From Balanoglossus misakiensis (taxonomy: Eukaryota; Animalia; Hemichordata): a stretch of DNA of 64,000 nucleotides. A program made the position numbers and the translations under genes. Below are positions 13,432 to 25,672 of this stretch, piece by piece; positions within the stretch are counted from its first letter, which is position 1; every line of letters begins with the position of its first letter. Where the stretch lies: contig CM082585.2 of NCBI GenBank assembly GCA_040954595.2, positions 14,814-78,813 of the forward strand. The letters are read 5' to 3'. The notes under the pieces were generated by a model. It was not told the DNA's origin. It did not search any database and worked only from the letters and a program-made list of their open reading frames with translations.

Positions 13432-16400
13432 GGGTTTTTATAATGTTTTCATGGAACATACATCGTTTTTAATGTCGTATTGAAAATTTTTTGTGCCAAA
13501 ATATTGTGTTTTAGTAATACTTTCAACGAAAGTTTTAGAAAAAAGCCTTAAATCGAGAGAATATTTTTAAAAGAAATTTAGAATGTTTATAAGCCTAAAT
13601 AAGGATGTGTTTGAGTTTGAAATCACTATCTAATAATTTTTATTTAAAACTTGTGATATGAAAAAATATCATTTTGAACAGTTTTTGGGCCCGAATAAAG
13701 GATGGTTTTGTATTATGTTCAAAGAAATGTTTTAGAATGATTAAACAGTTTTTCAAAGCCTTAAACAGGGGTGTTATTATATAGAAATTGCTTTTTAAAC
13801 AGTTTTTGGAATTTTTAATATTTTCATAGGAAAATTATTTCTAAGCCTAAAAATACGGGGTGATTTCGAGTTTGAAATCGTTATCTAATAATAAAAAACT
13901 TGCGTTTTGGACCAAATATCGTTTTGGTATTGTATGAAAAGTTTTTATGCACAAAGTAATGGTGGTTTTTTTTATAATATTAAAGAAAAGATTTCGAATG
14001 ATTTAGATGTGTTTTCAATGTGTGACAAAGTCTCTTGGGCGAGTTTTTACTCTCATATCACACAAGCGGGGTGGGTGTCGTTAAATGTTGATATCCACAA
14101 GGGGGTGTTTTATAACATTTTCGAAAACAAAGTTTATGTTTTAAGCCTAAAAATGTTTTTTTTTTTGAATTTGAAATGATAAATGAGTCATTTTTAATTT
14201 ATACATGCAATACAGAACAATCATCATATTTGTACCCAAATAATGAGTGTTTAATAATATTTTCAAAAAGATGATTCATTTTGATTTCCATTATTTCGAA
14301 GCCTAAATAAATAAATTTTATGAATTAGCCCGAGAGAATTCGTAGGAGTTTGTATTATTGACAGAAGTGAATTCTTCTATGGTCAGGATCTTTGGTTCGG
14401 AATAGCGTAATAAATTTTGTTTGAGTATTAGTATGAGTTTGTATTTATGCCAATCTTTACGTCAAGAGTTATTTGCGTGGCCTTCAAGTATTGATGTTTG
14501 GCTTGGGCCATGTTAGGGCTAGGGTCAATTTTGATTTGGTTTGGGATGTTTTTGTTATGATAGGTCGGGTGACTGACAGGATTTAAATTTGTGGTGGGGC
14601 TAGTGCGGTTTTGGGGATGGAGGTCGGGGTGTTGATAGGGGTTCGTGGGAATAGGTTGGGGTAAAGTTGTGTGGTAGTGGTGATAGCTGACAAGGTCGCG
14701 AGCCTTAGTGTAAGTTTGGAGTTGGATCGGTGATTGTTGTTTGAGTAATAACGTATTTTTTAAGAGTAGAATTCTGGGATTGACTTCGGGGTGAGGTTTG
14801 AGGTAAGATGTGGATTGCGTCGGTTTAAGTTGGGTCCCAATAAGGATTAGATTTCGGGATAAGTGTGGAAGGATGATATTTGGATGATAGATGGGATCAA
14901 ATTATTGGGCGTTTATTTGCTACAAATGGTAGGTATTGGTTCGTAATAGAGTCTTGGTGTTCTATATTTGGGGTGGCAGTGGTTTGAGTTTGGTTTATGC
15001 CAATCTTTAAGTTAAGTGTTATTTACGTTGACGTTGAGCATTGATGGCTTGGTTGATGATAAGAGAAGTAAGGGTCAATATTGATTGTGTTTGGATTGTT
15101 TTGGTGATGGCTAGGATTTGTGGAGGGTATAAGGCGTGGTCACGTAAGAGATTAGGGTTAGAGGCATTATGGGGTCTGTTGTGGTTTTGGTGAAGGAGGC
15201 CAGGGTGGTGATTGGGGTGAGAGTAGGAGTATGTTCGGGTAAAGTTGGGTGTGAGTGGTATTGCAGTGATGACAGACAAGGTCATGAGAGTAAGTTTAAG
15301 TTTAGAGTTGGGTCGATGATTGGTGTTTGTGTAATAAGGCAATTTTTGAGAGTACAATTCTGGGATTGACTTCGGGGAGACGTTTGAGGTACAAAGGGGA
15401 TTGGTACATGGATTTAAGGTGGGGTTACAGTAAGGATTATGTTTTAGGATGAGTGTTGATGAATGATGGGTGATAGATGGGATGGGTGATAGATGAATAT
15501 TTGGAGGATTAAATCTTTGGTCGCCTATTTTCTACAAATAGTAGGTTTTGGTTCGTAATGTTTTCATGGAACATTCATCGTTTTTAATGTCGTATTGAAA
15601 ATTTTTTGTGCCAAAATATTGTGTTTTAGTAATACTTTCAACGAAAGTTTTAGAAAAAAGCCTTAAATCGAGAGAATATTTTTAAAAGAAATTTAGAATG
15701 TTTATAAGCCTAAATAAGGATGTGTTTGAGTTTGAAATCACTATCTAATAATTTTTATTTAAAACTTGTGATATGAAAAAATATCATTTTGAACAGTTTT
15801 TGGGCCCGAATAAAGGATGGTTTTGTATTATGTTCAAAGAAATGTTTTAGAATGATTAAACAGTTTTTCAAAGCCTTAAACAGGGGTGTTATTATATAGA
15901 AATTGCTTTTTAAACAGTTTTTGGAATTTTTAATATTTTCATAGGAAAATTATTTCTAAGCCTAAAAATACGGGGTGATTTCGAGTTTGAAATCGTTATC
16001 TAATAATAAAAAACTTGCGTTTAGGACCAAATATCGTTTTGGTATTGTATGAAAAGTTTTTATGCACAAAGTAATGGTGGTTTTTTTTATAATATTAAAA
16101 GAAAAGATTTCGAATGATTTAGAAGTGTTTTCAATGTGTGACAAAGTCTCTTGGGCGAGTTTTTACTCTCATATCACACAAGCGGGGTGGGTGTCGTTAA
16201 ATGTTGATATCCACAAGGGGGTGTTTTATAACATTTTCGAAAACAAAGTTTATGTTTTAAGCCTAAAAATGTTTTTTTTTGAATTTGAAATGATAAATGA
16301 GTCATTTTTAATTTATACATGCAATACAGAACAATCATCATATTTGTACCCAAATAATGAGTGTTTAATAATATTTTCAAAAAGATGATTCATTTTGATT

Positions 16401-19400
16401 TCCATTATTTCGAAGCCTAAATAAATAAATTTTATGAATTAGCCCGAGAGAATTCGTAGGAGTTTGTATTATTGACAGAAGTGAATTCTTCTATGGTCAG
16501 GATCTTTGGTTCGGAATAGCGTAATAAATTTTGTTTGAGTATTAGTATGAGTTTGTATTTATGCCAATCTTTACGTCAAGAGTTATTTGCGTGGCCTTCA
16601 AGTATTGATGTTTGGCTTGGGCCATGTTAGGGCTAGGGTCAATTTTGATTTGGTTTGGGATGTTTTTGTTATGATAGGTCGGGTGACTGACAGGATTTAA
16701 ATTTGTGGTGGGGCTAGTGCGGTTTTGGGGATGGAGGTCGGGGTGTTGATAGGGGTTCGTGGGAATAGGTTGGGGTAAAGTTGTGTGGTAGTGGTGATAG
16801 CTGACAAGGTCGCGAGCCTTAGTGTAAGTTTGGAGTTGGATCGGTGATTGTTGTTTGAGTAATAACGTATTTTTTAAGAGTAGAATTCTGGGATTGACTT
16901 CGGGGTGAGGTTTGAGGTAAGATGTGGATTGCGTCGGTTTAAGTTGGGTCCCAATAAGGATTAGATTTCGGGATAAGTGTGGAAGGATGATATTTGGATG
17001 ATAGATGGGATCAAATTATTGGGCGTTTATTTGCTACAAATGGTAGGTATTGGTTCGTAATAGAGTCTTGGTGTTCTATATTTGGGGTGGCAGTGGTTTG
17101 AGTTTGGTTTATGCCAATCTTTAAGTTAAGTGTTATTTACGTTGACGTTGAGCATTGATGGCTTGGTTGATGATAAGAGAAGTAAGGGTCAATATTGATT
17201 GTGTTTGGATTGTTTTGGTGATGGCTAGGATTTGTGGAGGGTATAAGGCGTGGTCACGTAAGAGATTAGGGTTAGAGGCATTATGGGGTCTGTTGTGGTT
17301 TTGGTGAAGGAGGCCAGGGTGGTGATTGGGGTGAGAGTAGGAGTATGTTCGGGTAAAGTTGGGTGTGAGTGGTATTGCAGTGATGACAGACAAGGTCATG
17401 AGAGTAAGTTTAAGTTTAGAGTTGGGTCGATGATTGGTGTTTGTGTAATAAGGCAATTTTTGAGAGTACAATTCTGGGATTGACTTCGGGGAGACGTTTG
17501 AGGTACAAAGGGGATTGGTACATGGATTTAAGGTGGGGTTACAGTAAGGATTATGTTTTAGGATGAGTGTTGATGAATGATGGGTGATAGATGGGATGGG
17601 TGATAGATGAATATTTGGAGGATTAAATCTTTGGTCGCCTATTTTCTACAAATAGTAGGTTTTGGTTCGTAATAGAGTCCTGATTTTGTATAGTGGGAGT
17701 GGCAGTGGTATGAGTTTGGATTTGGATGCCAATGTTGGCCGTCGAGTATTGGTAGGCTTTGGGTGATGTTAGGTGGGATAGGGCCAGGGTCAATTTTGAT
17801 TTGTTTGGATTGTTTGGGTTATGATTGGTTTGGTGACTGCCAGGATTTAATTTTGTGGTGGATGTAAGGTGTGGTGTAAGAGATCGAGGCAATATGAGGT
17901 CTGGTGCGGTTTCGGTGAAGGAGGCCAGGGTTGTGATGGGGCTGCGAGTGGGAATAGGTTTGATTTAAGTTGGGTGAGAGTGGTGACGAGGTGGTGGGTT
18001 ATAGCTGACAAGGTCGTGAGAGTGAGTATAACTTAATAATTTGATCGGCGATTGGTGTTTGAGTAATAGGAAATGTTTTAGGAGTATAATTCTTGGATTG
18101 ACTTCGGGGTGATGTTTGAGGTAGGAAGTGGATTGGGTCATCGGTTTAAGGTGGGGTCGCAGTAAGGATTAGGTTTCGAGATGAGTTTGGGTTTTTATAA
18201 TGTTTTCATGGAACATACATCGTTTTTAATGTCGTATTGAAAATTTTTTGTGCCAAAATATTGTGTTTTAGTAATACTTTCAACGAAAGTTTTAGAAAAA
18301 AGCCTTAAATCGAGAGAATATTTTTAAAAGAAATTTAGAATGTTTATAAGCCTAAATAAGGATGTGTTTGAGTTTGAAATCACTATCTAATAATTTTTAT
18401 TTAAAACTTGTGATATGAAAAAATATCATTTTGAACAGTTTTTGGGCCCGAATAAAGGATGGTTTTGTATTATGTTCAAAGAAATGTTTTAGAATGATTA
18501 AACAGTTTTTCAAAGCCTTAAACAGGGGTGTTATTATATAGAAATTTCTTTTTAAACAGTTTTTGGAATTTTTAATATTTTCATAGGAAAATTATTTCTA
18601 AGCCTAAAAATACGGGGTGATTTCGAGTTTGAAATCGTTATCTAATAATAAAAAACTTGCGTTTAGGACCAAATATCGTTTTGGTATTGTATGAAAAGTT
18701 TTTATGCACAAAGTAATGGTGGTTTTTTTTATAATATTAAAAGAAAAGATTTCGAATGATTTAGAAGTGTTTTCAATGTGTGACAAAGTCTCTTGGGCGA
18801 GTTTTTACTCTCATATCACACAAGCGGGGTGGGTGTCGTTAAATGTTGATAAGGGGGTGTTTTATAACATTTTCGAAAACAAAGTTTATGTTTTAAGCCT
18901 AAAAATGTTTTTTTTTGAATTTGAAATGATAAATGAGTCATTTTTAATTTATACATGCAATACAGAACAATCATCATATTTGTACCCAAATAATGAGTGT
19001 TTAATAATATTTTCAAAAAGATGATTCATTTTGATTTCCATTATTTCGAAGCCTAAATAAATAAATTTTATGAATTAGCCCGAGAGAATTTGTAGGAGTT
19101 TGTATTATTGACAGAAGTGAATTCTTCTATGGTCAGGATCTTAGGTCGTATATAAAAATTGCAGGTTTTGGTTCGGAATAGCGTAATAAATGTTGTTTGA
19201 GTATTAGTATGAGTTTGTATTTATGCCAATCTTTACGTCAAGAGTTATTTGCGTGGCCTTCAAGTATTGATGTTTGGCTTGGGCCATGTTAGGGCTAGGG
19301 TCAATTTTGATTTGGTTTGGGATGTTTTTGTTATGATAGGTTGGGTGACTGACAGGATTTAAATTTGTGGTGGGGCTAGTGCGGTTTTGGGGATGGAGGT

Positions 19401-20857
19401 CGGGGTGTTGATAGGGGTTCGTGGGAATAGGTTGGGGTAAAGTTGTGTGGTAGTGGTGATAGCTGACAAGGTCGCGAGCCTTAGTGTAAGTTTGGAGTTG
19501 GATCGGTGATTGTTGTTTGAGTAATAACGTATTTTTTAAGAGTAGAATTCTGGGATTGACTTCGGGGTGAGGTTTGAGGTAAGATGTGGATTGCGTCGGT
19601 TTAAGTTGGGTCCCAATAAGGATTAGATTTCGGGATAAGTGTGGAAGGATGATATTTGGATGATAGATGGGATCAAATTATTGGGCGTTTATTTGCTACA
19701 AATGGTAGGTATTGGTTCGTAATAGAGTCTTGGTGTTCTATATTTGGGGTGGCAGTGGTTTGAGTTTGGTTTATGCCAATCTTTAAGTTAAGTGTTATTT
19801 ACGTTGACGTTGAGCATTGATGGCTTGGTTGATGATAAGAGAAGTAAGGGTCAATATTGATTGTGTTTGGATTGTTTTGGTGATGGCTAGGATTTGTGGA
19901 GGGTATAAGGCGTGGTCACGTAAGAGATTAGGGTTAGAGGCATTATGGGGTCTGTTGTGGTTTTGGTGAAGGAGGCCAGGGTGGTGATTGGGGTGAGAGT
20001 AGGAGTATGTTCGGGTAAAGTTGGGTGTGAGTGGTATTGCAGTGATGACAGACAAGGTCATGAGAGTAAGTTTAAGTTTAGAGTTGGGTCGATGATTGGT
20101 GTTTGTGTAATAAGGCAATTTTTGAGAGTACAATTCTGGGATTGACTTCGGGGAGACGTTTGAGGTACAAAGGGGATTGGTACATGGATTTAAGGTGGGG
20201 TTACAGTAAGGATTATGTTTTAGGATGAGTGTTGATGAATGATATATGGGTGATAGATGGGATGGGTGATAGATGAATATTTGGAGGATTAAATCTTTGG
20301 TCGCCTATTTTCTACAAATAGTAGGTTTTGGTTCGTAATAGAGTCCTGATTTTGTATAGTGGGAGTGGCAGTGGTATGAGTTTGGATTTGGATGCCAATG
20401 TTGGCCGTCGAGTATTGGTAGGCTTTGGGTGATGTTAGGTGGGATAGGGCCAGGGTCAATTTTGATTTGTTTGGATTGTTTGGGTTATGATAGGTTTGGT
20501 GACTGCCAGGATTTAATTTTGTGGTGGATGTAAGGTGTGGTGTAAGAGATCGAGGCAATATGAGGTCTGGTGCGGTTTCGGTGAAGGAGGCCAGGGTTGT
20601 GATGGGGCTGCGAGTGGGAATAGGTTTGATTTAAGTTGGGTGAGAGTGGTGACGCGGTGGTGGGTTATAGCTGACAAGGTCGTGAGAGTGAGTATAACTT
20701 AATAATTTGATCGGCGATTGGTGTTTGAGTAATAGGAAATGTTTTAGGAGTATAATTCTTGGATTGACTTCGGGGTGATGTTTGAGGTAGGAAGTGGATT
20801 GGGTCATCGGTTTAAGGTGGGGTCGCAGTAAGGATTAGGTTTCGAGATGAGTTTGGA
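13432..20857 (+). repeat. Near-identical tandem triplication of an (AT-rich module + ~600-bp satellite) unit, about 2.1, 2.6 and 2.7 kb
   Basis: Units restart at TAATGTTTTCATGGAAC (~13441, ~15556, ~18198). Identical spurious 112-aa ORFs at 15019, 17133 and 19795. Confidence 0.93.
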
Positions 20858-23800
20858 TGAATGGATGATAGATGGGATGGGTGATAGATGAATATATGGA
20901 GGGATCAAATCTTTGGTCGCCTATTTCCTACACATGGAAGGTTTTGGTTCGTAATAGAGTCCTGATGTTGTCATGTTGGAGTGGCAGTGGTAGAGTTTGT
21001 ATTTGGATGCCAATCTTTAAGTTGTGTTATTCTGTTGGTCGTCGGGTATTGATGGTAGGCTTGGGTAATATTAGGGCTAGGGTCAATTTTGATTTGGTTT
21101 GGGACGTTTGAGTTATGATAGTTTGGGTGAATGCCAGGATTTAAATTTGTGGTGGGGCTACTGCGGTTTTGGGGATGTAGGTCGGTGTTGTGATAGGGGT
21201 GCGTGGGAATAGATTGGGGTAAAGTTGGGTGGCTGTGGTGATAGCTGACAAGGTCGTGAGCCTTAGTGTAACTTTGGAATTGGATCTGTGATTGGTGTTT
21301 GAGTAATAACGTATTTTGTAAGAGTACAATTCCGGGATTGACTTCGGGGGTAGGTTTGAGGTAAGAAGTGGATTGGGTCGGTTAATGTGGGGTCCCAGTA
21401 AGGATTAGGTATCGGGATGAGTGTGGAATGATGATATATTGATGATAGATGGGATCAAATCTTTGGTGGTCTATTTGCTACAAATGGTAGGTATTGTTTC
21501 GTAATAGAGTCTTGGTGTTGTATATTTAGGGTGGCAGTGGTATGAGTTTGGTTATGCAAATCTTTAAGTTAAGTGTTATTTGGGTTACCACCGTTGAGCA
21601 TTGATGGCTTGGTTGATGATAAGTGGGGCAAGAATGATAGAGTTTAGTTTGTTTTAGCTATGATAGGTTGGGTGATGGCTAGGATTTGTGGTGGGAATAA
21701 GGTGTGGTCACGTAAGAGATGGAGGCATTATGGGGGTCTGGTGCGGTTTTGGTGAAGGAGGCCAGGGTTGTGATGGGGGTGCGAGAAGGAGTATGTTCGG
21801 GTAAAGTTGGGTGTGAGTGGTATTGGGGTGGTGGGTTAGGGTTAGGGTTAGGGTTAGGGATAGCTGACAAGGTCATGAGAGTAATATAAGTTTAGAGTTG
21901 GATCGATGATTGGTGTTTGACTAATAAGGTATTTTTTGAGAGTACAATACTGGGATTGACTTCGGGTGAGGTTCAACGTACGAAGGGGATTGGGGCATGG
22001 GTTAAAGTGGGGTTCCATTAAGGATTAGGTTTCGGGATGAGTGTGTTTGAATGTTATATGATTGTGTTTGAATGTTATATGGTATGGGTGATAGATCAAT
22101 ATATGGAGGAATCAAATCTTTGGTCGGCTATTTTCTACACATGGAAGATTTTGGTTCGTAATAGAGTCCTGATGTTGTATTGTTGGAGTGGCAGTGGTAG
22201 AATTTGGAATTGGATGTCAATCTTTAAGTTAAGTGTTATTTGGTTGGCCGTCGAGTATTGGCTTTGGGTGATGATAGGTGGGCTATAGGGCTAGGGTCAA
22301 TTTTGATTTGTTTGGATTGTTTGGGTTTTGATAGGTTGGTTGACTGACAGGATTTAAATTTGTGGCGGGTTTAAGGTGTGGTGTAAGACAAAGAGGCATT
22401 GTGGGGTCTGGTGCGGTTTTGGTGAAGGAGGCCAGGGTGGTGATTGGGGGGAGGGAGAGGGGGGCAGTGGGAATACGATCAGGTAAAGTTGGTTTGGATT
22501 GGTTGGTGATAGCTGACAAGGTCGTGAGAGTTAGTTTAATTTAGTTGGATCGGTGATTTGTGTTTGAGTAATAAGGTATTTTTTTAAATTACAATTCTGG
22601 AATTGATTTCGGGGTGAGGTTTAAGGTACGAAGGGGATTGGGTCATGGGTTTAAGGTTGGGGTTCCAGTAAGGATTAGGTTTCGGGATGAGTGTGGAAGG
22701 ATGATATATGGATGATAGATGGGATCAAATCTTTGGTCGTGTATTTGCTACAAATGTTAGGTTTCGGTTCGTAAAAAAGAGTCCTGATGTTGCATTGTTG
22801 GAGTGGCAGTGGTATGAGTTTGGATTTGGATGCCAATCTTTAAGTTAAGTGTTATTTGGTTGGCCGTCGAGTATTGATGGTAGGCTTGGGCTAGGGTCAA
22901 TTTTGATTTGGTTTTGGATTGTTTGGGCATAATAGGTTGGGTGACTGCCAGGATTTAAATTTGTGGTTGGTGTATGGTGTGGTGTAAGAGATGGTGCGGT
23001 TTGGGGGAAGGAGGCTAGGGTTGTGATGGGAGTGCGAGTGGGAATAGGTTTGGGTAAAGTTGGTTGGGAGTGGTGACGAGGTGGTGGGTTGTAGCTGACA
23101 AGGTCGTGAGAGTTAGTTTAACTTTGGAGTTTGATCGGTGATTGGTGTTTGAATAATATGAATTTTTTTGATAGTATAATTCTTGTATTGACTTCGGGGT
23201 GATGTTTGAGGTACGAAGTGGATTGGGTTATGGGATTAGGGTGGGGCCCCAGTAAGGATTAGGTTTCGGGATGAGTGTGGAAGGATGATATATGGATGAT
23301 AGATGGGATCAAATCTTTGGTCGTGTATTTGCTATAATAGGTAGGTATTGGTTCGTAATAGAGTCTTGGTTTTGTACATGGGGGGGTGGCAGTGGTATGA
23401 GTTTGGATTTATGCCAATCTTTAAGTTAGTGTTATTTGGGTGCCGTTGAGCATTGATGGCTTGGATGATGATAAGTGGGCTAGGGTCAATTTTGATTGGG
23501 TTTGGGTTGTTTGGGCTATGATAGGTTGGGTGATGGCTAGGATTTGTTGAGCATTGACTTCGGATGAGGTTCGACGTACGAAGGGGATTGGGTCATGGGT
23601 TAAAGGTGGGGTTCCAGTAAGTATTAGGTTTCGGGATGAGTGTGGATGAATGATATATGCTGATAGATGGGATGGGTGATAGATGAATATTTGGAGGGAT
23701 TAAATCTTTGGTCGCCTATTTTCTACAAATGTTAGGTTTCGGTTCGTAAAAAAGAGTCCTGATGTTGCATTGTTGGAGTGGCAGTGGTATGAGTTTGGAT

Positions 23801-24940
23801 TTGGATGCCAATCTTTAAGTTAAGTGTTATTTGGTTGGCCGTCGAGTATTGATGGTAGGCTTGGGCTAGGGTCAATTTTGATTTGGTTTGGATTGTTTGG
23901 GCATAATAGGTTGGGTGACTGCCAGGATTTAAATTTGTGGTTGGTGTATGGTGTGGTGTAAGAGATGGTGCGGTTTGGGGGAAGGAGGCCAGGGTTGTGA
24001 TGGGAGTGCGAGTGGGAATAGGTTTGGGTAAAGTTGGTTGGGAGTGGTGACGAGGTGGTGGGTTGTAGCTGACAAGGTCGTGAGAGTTAGTTTAACTTTG
24101 GAGTTTGATCGGTGATTGGTGTTTGAATAATATGAATTTTTTTGATAGTATAATTCTTGTATTGACTTCGGGGTGATGTTTGAGGTACGAAGTGGATTGG
24201 GTTATGGGATTAGGGTGGGGCCCCAGTAAGGATTAGGTTTCGGGATGAGTGTGGAAGGATGATATATGGATGATAGATGGGATCAAATCTTTGGTCGTGT
24301 ATTTGCTATAAAAGGTAGGTATTGGTTCGTAATAGAGTCTTGGTTTTGTATATGGGGGTGGCAGTGGTATGAGTTTGGATTTATGCCAATCTTTAAGTTA
24401 GTGTTATTTGGGTGCCGTTGAGCATTGATGGCTTGGATGATGATAAGTGGGGCTAGGGTCAATTTTGATTGGGTTTGGGTTGTTTGGGCTATGATAGGTT
24501 GGGTGATGGCTAGGATTTGTGGTGGGTGTAAGGTGTGGAGTAAAAGATGGAGGCATTATGTGGTCTGGTGTGGTTTTGGTGAAGGAGGCCAGGGTGATGA
24601 TGGGGAGAGCGAGTGGGAATAGGCTGGGGTGAAGTTGGGTGGGAGTAGTGATGGGATGGTGGGTGATAGCTGACAAGTGTAAGTTTGGAGTTGGATCGGT
24701 GATTGTTGTTTGACTAATAAGGTATTTTTTGAGAGTACAATTCTGGGATTGACTTCGGGGTGAGGTTTTGAGGTACGAAGGGGATTGGGTCATGGGGTCC
24801 GAGTAAGGATTAGGTTTCGGGATGAGTGTGGATGAATGATATATGGATGATAGATGGGATGGGTGATAGATGAATATTTGGATGGTTCAAAGATGGATGG
24901 TAACAGATGGATGTATAAATGATGGATGAATGACAGATGG
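20858..24940 (+). repeat. Diverged G/T-rich ~600-bp satellite array, with a ~975-bp internal duplication and a terminal GATG-like microsatellite
   Basis: Anchor TAGCTGACAAG recurs at ~21242, 21861, 22510, 23092, 24066 and 24666. CAAATGTTAGGTTTCGGTTCGTAAAAAA occurs at ~22751 and ~23726. Confidence 0.9.
21836..21859 (+). repeat. Interstitial telomeric tract (TTAGGG)4
   Basis: Four perfect TTAGGG units inside one satellite monomer. Confidence 0.9.
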
Positions 24941-25120
24941 ATTTAATTTAATTTGATTATTTAATATAATTTATTTTATTTAATTTGTTTTGATTTAATT
25001 TGATTTTTATTTGATTCAATTTAATATAATTTATTTTACTCTAATTTAATTTTATCACATTAATATGATTTCGATTTAATTTAATTTAATTTCATTTATT
25101 TCAATTTGATTTGATTTGAG
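24940..25120. repeat. Low-complexity (ATTTA/ATTTG)n tract
   Basis: Degenerate pentamer run, almost entirely A/T. Confidence 0.8.
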
Positions 25121-25672
25121 TGCTATTCCTCTTATTAAATGAACACACGTACACAATAGGTGAATCGGCTCAATGGGCAACAATTTTAATGAACTGAAGA
25201 AAGAAGAATTTGTACATCGAAGTGAAAGGCTTCCCTAAGGTCACAAAGTTTCGTGTAAGACTCCATTATGTGCTCAATCCCCCCAAACGCCAGGGGTCTA
25301 ACTGCTTTGGATGCTGAGATATGGGAAAGTAAGTCAAAGGTCACCCAAAATTGGGGCATAAAACTTTGACCCCATAGTGGGCCTCCAACCAAAACCATAC
25401 CTCTAGCCCTATCATGTGACTAATTAAATATTTACGAGCCACTGCAATCATTGGTCCCTATCACCCTACCAAGTTTCAGCCCCATAGGTTATGCGGTTTT
25501 CGAAATCTGGCCGAATTTTGGAGAATAGTTAAAGCTGCAAGCAGCGCTGATCTGGAATTATATATGTACATTATGAATTAGAGGAAACATAATGCTCTAT
25601 CAGGTGTTTATCCCAGGCAAGGGTTATACAATACAAAAGCGATGTTATTTCCATATCGCATGTTTTTAATAT

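Noticed and set aside
10200-14300. AT-rich stretch resembling organellar DNA (possible NUMT)
   Set aside because: No recognisable mitochondrial gene, tRNA or rRNA motifs; it is internally repetitive and part of the inverted structure.
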